Origin: Chlamydiales bacterium
GTDB lineage: Bacteria > Chlamydiota > Chlamydiia > Chlamydiales > JBDQID01
Direction of reading: 5' to 3'
DNA length: 20,437 nt
Assembly: GCA_047611865.1 (NCBI GenBank)
Contig: JBLFWS010000052.1
Location: 1 to 20,437 of the forward strand
This document shows, piece after piece, positions 15,797-20,437 of the stretch (positions are counted from its first letter, which is position 1; each line of letters begins with the position of its first letter). The translations under genes and the position numbers were made by a program. The notes under the pieces are model-generated. The model made no database searches and was not told where the DNA came from. It worked only from the letters and a program-made list of their open reading frames with translations.

Positions 15797-16008
15797 AGTG
15801 CCGCACCTGCTGGTGCTCACATTTTTTTCTTACCATTATACCGGGCCTTGCTCGCAAGCTCGCTACGACCCGGCCTACATAATGCCGCGCCTCTGGCACT
15901 TAGGAATCGTTACCCAGGAACTCGTATCAGCAAAAACAATGCTTCCGTAGCGCCAGAGGCCCGGTATAGCAAGTAAATTAAAAAATAGAGCTGCGGCAGC
16001 TGCGTCAC
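15797..16008. repeat. REP-like repeat copy 2 (15797-15905) plus an inverted, internally deleted copy (15942-16008), forming a REPIN-like doublet
   Basis: Matches 849-956. Perfect inverted repeat TATACCGGGCCT (15837-15848)/AGGCCCGGTATA (15957-15968). The reverse complement of 15942-16008 aligns with both ends of the unit. Confidence 0.82.
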
Positions 16009-16114
16009 CACCGAAACACTATTAAATTTGGGATGTTTTTTCTGAATCCCGCAGCTTACTGTCGTGAGAAGGTCAATAAATTATTATAATGCGATTGCCC
16101 TGAATCTTTTCCCA

Positions 16115-16143
16115 TTGATTGTCAATAAAGAGGGTGGCATAAT
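16115..16143 (+). promoter_or_regulatory. Putative promoter of the Smr-TylF-hydrolase cluster
   Basis: TTGATT-17 bp-CATAAT with an extended -10 TG; GGGGAG SD before ATG 16180. Confidence 0.4.
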
Positions 16144-16179
16144 AAGGCTCTAGCGTTTGTTTCCAAGGGGAGCTCCGTC

Positions 16180-16434
16180 ATGGCTAAATTGAAACTTGAT
16201 CTGCATGAAATTTTCAATAAGGGCAAAAAGATCGATGATGAATTAACTCGCATCATTGAAGACGCCGTAGAAAAAAAAATAACCCTCGTGGAGATTATTC
16301 CCGGTAAGGGGTCAGGCCAACTAAAAAAACACGTACTACGATTTCTGGAACAGAAACATATCAAAAAACTCTATCACCGAATCCAAAAAGACAGCAAAAA
16401 CTTTGGCCGTGTCTTTGTCCACTTCAAGTACTAA
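16180..16434 (+). CDS. Stand-alone Smr (small MutS-related) domain protein
   Basis: LDLH near the N-terminus, VEIIPGKGSGQLKK.V..FL, and C-terminal N.G..FV, the Smr-domain pattern. Confidence 0.85.
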   Translation: MAKLKLDLHEIFNKGKKIDDELTRIIEDAVEKKITLVEIIPGKGSGQLKKHVLRFLEQKHIKKLYHRIQKDSKNFGRVFVHFKY

Positions 16435-16450
16435 AGCCCTATAAGTTACT

Positions 16451-17134
16451 ATGAATAATTTTTTTATCGTAGAACTCTACGAAAAGAATCGCTCCATGAT
16501 CAATATGGAGTGTGCACTAAACATTTATCATCTACTTTCCCAGACTTTGTACTTAGAGATACCGGGTGATGTCGTAGAATGCGGGAGCTATAGAGGCCTG
16601 ACAGCCGTTATGCTACAAAAAACCCTTGATACCCATCATAGCGACAAACACCTCCATCTTTTTGACTCTTTCGAAGGCCTTCCGGAAAAAACCAATGAAG
16701 ATCTTGTGGATTCTCCAGACAATATGCGTAAGTGTGACTACAAAGACAACCGACGAGTAGGCAAAGGCTGGTTCCAAAGCCCCGAGGAAGTCGTCTTACA
16801 GAATTTTCAAGACTACAATGTAAAGCCGCCTTACATCCACAAAGGCTGGTTCAATGAAACCCTCCCTTTACATCTCCCCGAAACCGTCTCTTTTGCCCAC
16901 ATTGACGGAGATTTCTATTCTTCTACCATGGATTCCCTCAAAAACATCTACCCCAGAATGCCTCGAGGTGCTATCGCTATCCTCGACGATTACTGCGATC
17001 CAGATAGCCATGGACGACAAAGCTCTCTCCCCGGTGTCAAAATTGCCTGTGATGAATTCTTTGCTGACAAATCGGAGAAAGTAGAAATACTCGCAGCAGG
17101 CTCTGCTTACCACGCTTATTTTAAAAAAGAGTAG
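16451..17134 (+). CDS. TylF/MycF/NovP-family SAM-dependent O-methyltransferase
   Basis: GDVVECGSYRG, HLFDSFEGLP, KGWFNETLP, AHIDGDFYSST and LDDY motifs. Confidence 0.88.
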   Translation: MNNFFIVELYEKNRSMINMECALNIYHLLSQTLYLEIPGDVVECGSYRGLTAVMLQKTLDTHHSDKHLHLFDSFEGLPEKTNEDLVDSPDNMRKCDYKDNRRVGKGWFQSPEEVVLQNFQDYNVKPPYIHKGWFNETLPLHLPETVSFAHIDGDFYSSTMDSLKNIYPRMPRGAIAILDDYCDPDSHGRQSSLPGVKIACDEFFADKSEKVEILAAGSAYHAYFKKE

Positions 17135-17140
17135 CTTTCT

Positions 17141-18187
17141 ATGGCCCTTCCAATTGAACCGATCCCCACAACTGATGGCTTTTGGAATCAATTGGGCCTT
17201 CAAAACCCTGTCAGTCTATTTTTTCCAGGTCGATGGATTAGCCAAGATCTGGACTTCCTTCAACAGCTCAGAAAGCTCCGCTCCGAATTAAAAGAAACTC
17301 TAGCAGGGCAGAGTGTTCCTCTAGTTGTGGACCGATACATCTCTACAGCCGAAAAAAGAACGCTGGATATGATGTATTTCAACATCGACCATGTTGACAC
17401 CGGCCGAAATCCTCACCTTTTCGCTGGGCAAACCATCAGTTTCCCAGATGGGAGACCTCTTGCGATTCTATTTATGGGTAACGCCGCATTCTATGAGGAA
17501 AATCGAGATCTCATAGAATACTACCTCTGCAACGGCTTTAAAGTATTAGCCTTCAACTACAGTGGCTATGGGGATAGTGAGGGTAATTCCACACAAGCTA
17601 ATCTTAACGAAGATGCTGAAGCTGTCTATGCCTTCGCAAAAAATCTCTGCTCGGATAATAATAGAATTTTTCTTCATGGATTTTCCATCGGCGGAGGTGT
17701 GGCCTCTTCTTTAGCGGAAAAATTTCCTGACCTCACAGTCATTCTAGATCGCTCCTTCGCCCAAATCCAGGAAATCGTTCCCAATTACCTACAAAAAGTT
17801 GGAAATTCTACTCTGAAAAAAGTCTTGCGTCTCATGAAAAAAATCATTGTCAATACCGCATCGAAATATGTGAATTACAACAACGTCAAATCTTTGGCAA
17901 AAGTACGACAAGTATATGCGGCATCAAGTTTCGACGATACGGAGATGGGAAGCGTTTCTTTGGATAGCTTATATCATTTTTGCGCAGAAAAAACGTCACT
18001 CCAACAAAAGCGCCTTTTCGTACCCATTGGGGGTGAACATAATACCTCGTATTTGAGAGCAAGAACCTATCGCATAACAGCAGACCTGCATCTACTTAAA
18101 TTTCAACGCAGGGTCATGGAGGATATTCACAAAAACTTAAAAGCCAATATCCCCATCGATCCCTTTTTCCGACCAAACTTTATTTAA
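17141..18187 (+). CDS. Alpha/beta-fold hydrolase (ABHD/BEM46-like), paralog 1
   Basis: LFMGNA, FNYSGYGDSEG, nucleophile elbow HGFSIGG and ILDRSF; candidate catalytic Asp (FDD) and His (GEHN). Confidence 0.85.
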   Translation: MALPIEPIPTTDGFWNQLGLQNPVSLFFPGRWISQDLDFLQQLRKLRSELKETLAGQSVPLVVDRYISTAEKRTLDMMYFNIDHVDTGRNPHLFAGQTISFPDGRPLAILFMGNAAFYEENRDLIEYYLCNGFKVLAFNYSGYGDSEGNSTQANLNEDAEAVYAFAKNLCSDNNRIFLHGFSIGGGVASSLAEKFPDLTVILDRSFAQIQEIVPNYLQKVGNSTLKKVLRLMKKIIVNTASKYVNYNNVKSLAKVRQVYAASSFDDTEMGSVSLDSLYHFCAEKTSLQQKRLFVPIGGEHNTSYLRARTYRITADLHLLKFQRRVMEDIHKNLKANIPIDPFFRPNFI

Positions 18188-18242
18188 ATAATATTTATAT
18201 CCTTTTGTGTAAAAAGATAATTTTACTCGCAAGGAGAGCCCT

Positions 18243-19403
18243 ATGTTTCCTCCCATTAATCAAAATCCCGCCTCATTCAATGCCCTTTCTGTAGCTGCTC
18301 AACATCATCCCCACATCAACGAAACCCCTGCAGCTTCCCAAAGTTTGTGCGATAGAATCAATTCCTGTAGCAGATGGATTTCTGAAACATTCCAATCTTG
18401 CAGTGCAACTGTTTGTGATCTTTGGGAACACCGAGCGATGCTCTCCCCCACGACTCACTTTTCCCCGGGAAAACTCATTTCTGCAGACCCCCTATACAAA
18501 GATGAACTCAGAACCTTGAGAAATCAATTGAGATCTCAACTTTCAGGACTCCCCATTCACCTTGGAGTTCAGAGAAATACCAGTGAGGAGAGATTCCTCG
18601 ATGGCATGCTATTTAATGTTGATTATGTGGACACTCTTCAGAACCCAAATTTAGCAGAGGGCAAAAGAAGTATTTACAAAGACGGAAGACCCACAGTTAT
18701 TCTCTTTGGAGGAAATGCCAGTTTTTACGAAGAAAACCCGGAAGAGATAGATTACTACCTCAGTCAAGGATTCAATGTCATGGCTTTCAATTATAGTGGC
18801 TATGGAGAAAGTCAAGGAAGCCCATCCCAAAAAACCCTGGATCAGGATGCTGAAGCCATATTTCAAGAAGTCAAACGCCAATGCCCTAACGAAGAGAAAA
18901 TTGTACTACATGGTCATTCTATAGTTGGGGGGATTGCCTCAAAACTTGCAAAGAAGCATCCCAGTACTACCGTCATCCTCGAGAGATCCTTTGCCAGAAT
19001 CCAGGATATTGTCCCCAATTTTTTGCGCAGCGTGGGAAACAATACCATGAGAAATATTTGTAACTGTGTCGAAACCTGCCTCGTTGAATACTCAAAAGGT
19101 TATTGTAACTATAATAACAGAAAAGCCCTCAAAAATGTTCGCCGTGTGTACATGACCATTGGAGCCTGCGACGACATGATGGGAGAGGTATCCTCCCAAA
19201 AATTGCGTGACTTTTGCAGCACTTGTACTTCCTCAGAAATAAAAAGAAAATTTGTCATGCTAAGTAAAAATCACGTTACCACATTTCTAAGACCAAGCTC
19301 AAACAGAAGACGTTCTGATGAGGACCTTATGCGTTTTAATTCTCATATCATGGATGATCTTCAAAAAGAACTTGGCATCCTCTTTCCAATAAACTCTATA
19401 TAG
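18243..19403 (+). CDS. Alpha/beta-fold hydrolase, paralog 2 (variant nucleophile elbow)
   Basis: LFGGNA, FNYSGYGESQG, HGHSIVGG and ILERSFARIQDIVPN; colinear with paralog 1. AAGGAG SD. Confidence 0.85.
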   Translation: MFPPINQNPASFNALSVAAQHHPHINETPAASQSLCDRINSCSRWISETFQSCSATVCDLWEHRAMLSPTTHFSPGKLISADPLYKDELRTLRNQLRSQLSGLPIHLGVQRNTSEERFLDGMLFNVDYVDTLQNPNLAEGKRSIYKDGRPTVILFGGNASFYEENPEEIDYYLSQGFNVMAFNYSGYGESQGSPSQKTLDQDAEAIFQEVKRQCPNEEKIVLHGHSIVGGIASKLAKKHPSTTVILERSFARIQDIVPNFLRSVGNNTMRNICNCVETCLVEYSKGYCNYNNRKALKNVRRVYMTIGACDDMMGEVSSQKLRDFCSTCTSSEIKRKFVMLSKNHVTTFLRPSSNRRRSDEDLMRFNSHIMDDLQKELGILFPINSI

Positions 19404-19511
19404 GGCGTAGCTTTTTATAGCTCTCCTATATGATTGACATCTATTCAACATCCTTAGTATAAGATACTGGTCTTAAATAAATTAAGATTTACACACCAGT
19501 TAAAGGTACTT

Positions 19512-20162
19512 ATGAATAGATTCGCTTTTTTGCTTGTAATACTTACATCTTCTTTCTTCAGCTCCCTACAAGCAGCCCCTACACTTGAAACAGATAAAAA
19601 TACTTTTATAGGTACTGGAAACATAGAACTTTTTACTATTGAATTCCCTAACGATCCTATGACATGGGAATCTGATTCCTTCATCTCTGCAATCTCAGAA
19701 GATCGAAATAAGGGTTATGAGCTCAAATACATCCCTCAAAAAGAAAAGCAAGCAAATGGCTACATTACAGTAGACAGCTACGGTTACACAAGCTACCCCG
19801 AGCACTTCAAAGAAGACCCCGCGGTTTGGATCGACTTTTCCTCAAAATCTCAAGAAGAACTCGTCCGGGATATCTACTTCTTGCGTAGTATTTTCCTCCA
19901 AGTAGGCCCTGAGATCATTGCTGCCGAACTTGAAATTCCAATTGACCACGTAATTACAGAACTAAATCTCCTGCAAAAAGACTCTCTACAAATGATTGAA
20001 ATGAGTATTGAGTTACTCACCCCTGTCGTTATAGATGACGAAACCCTGTCATCCACCTACGAAACAATCATCGTTAGCCCTAAAAACATCTATTTTCTAA
20101 ACAGTTTTGAAACTACACGCCAAGAACATCGAGATTTCGTAAATACCTTCCAAGTACAGTAA
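19512..20162 (+). CDS. Hypothetical secreted protein
   Basis: 216-aa ORF with a Sec-type signal peptide (MNRFAFLLVILTSSFFSSLQA) and an AAGG SD; acidic mature region; no family recognised. Confidence 0.7.
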   Translation: MNRFAFLLVILTSSFFSSLQAAPTLETDKNTFIGTGNIELFTIEFPNDPMTWESDSFISAISEDRNKGYELKYIPQKEKQANGYITVDSYGYTSYPEHFKEDPAVWIDFSSKSQEELVRDIYFLRSIFLQVGPEIIAAELEIPIDHVITELNLLQKDSLQMIEMSIELLTPVVIDDETLSSTYETIIVSPKNIYFLNSFETTRQEHRDFVNTFQVQ

Positions 20163-20191
20163 GCGATACCCTCTCAAGGGGTAAACTATGT

Positions 20192-20360
20192 CTAGGTCGT
20201 GTATTAAAATTAGCTGACTGTTGATTTTGAGAGCATTTTGTCTTGATTTGGGATCGGCCATAACTCTCCATACTTAGACAAGTAGGTGAGTTATGGCCGA
20301 TCCCAAAGCAGGGCGAAAGGCTCCAAAAGCAACGTTTAGCTATTTTAATACACGACCTAG
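20192..20360. mobile_element. Non-autonomous palindromic MITE-like element flanked by CTAG
   Basis: Perfect 19-bp terminal inverted repeat CTAGGTCGTGTATTAAAAT/ATTTTAATACACGACCTAG, a perfect 20-bp inner inverted repeat (20247-20266/20288-20307), imperfect pairing in between, and no ORF. Confidence 0.8.
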
Positions 20361-20437
20361 TTTACCCCATTAAGCCCTACTCAATTAGGAAATGCGCAAT
20401 TGAGACCTTCTAATATCTTTTTCTTAAAATAAATTTT

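Noticed and set aside
1499..20056. Remaining short opposite-strand or alternate-frame ORFs inside rpsB, tsf, pyrH, frr, the thi genes, the TylF gene and the hydrolases
   Set aside because: Shadows of well-supported genes, with no independent evidence.
849..20360. CRISPR array or autonomous IS
   Set aside because: The repeats are dispersed palindromes, not regularly spaced direct repeats, and no cas or transposase ORF is in the window.

Overview
Chromosomal segment of an environmental chlamydia (phylum Chlamydiota), judged from the conserved order pbp2(-) / tRNA-Gly / rpsB-tsf-pyrH-frr / tRNA-Glu-Lys / mcsA-mcsB. The ompA (MOMP) gene that Chlamydiaceae carry between pbp2 and tRNA-Gly is absent. 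The right two-thirds is accessory. It holds a secreted MORN-variant-repeat protein, an arginase with a hydrophobic N-terminal extension, and a TPP-riboswitch-controlled thiamine operon (thiD-thiO-thiS-thiG-tenI-thiE-thiF/rhodanese, no thiC). It also holds an Smr-domain protein, a TylF-family methyltransferase, two tandem effector-like alpha/beta hydrolases and a secreted hypothetical protein. Intergenic DNA is rich in structure: a REP/REPIN-like family with a compensatory base-pair change between copies, a ~300-bp nested palindrome, a CTAG-flanked MITE that appears to have inserted into a hairpin, and an ORF-less, multi-hairpin, terminator-capped candidate ncRNA at ~8875-9075. I see no clear new multi-gene system. 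The best novelty candidates are that ncRNA, the possibly exported arginase, the thiamine operon in a chlamydia and the palindromic elements. All calls were made by eye, without database searches.
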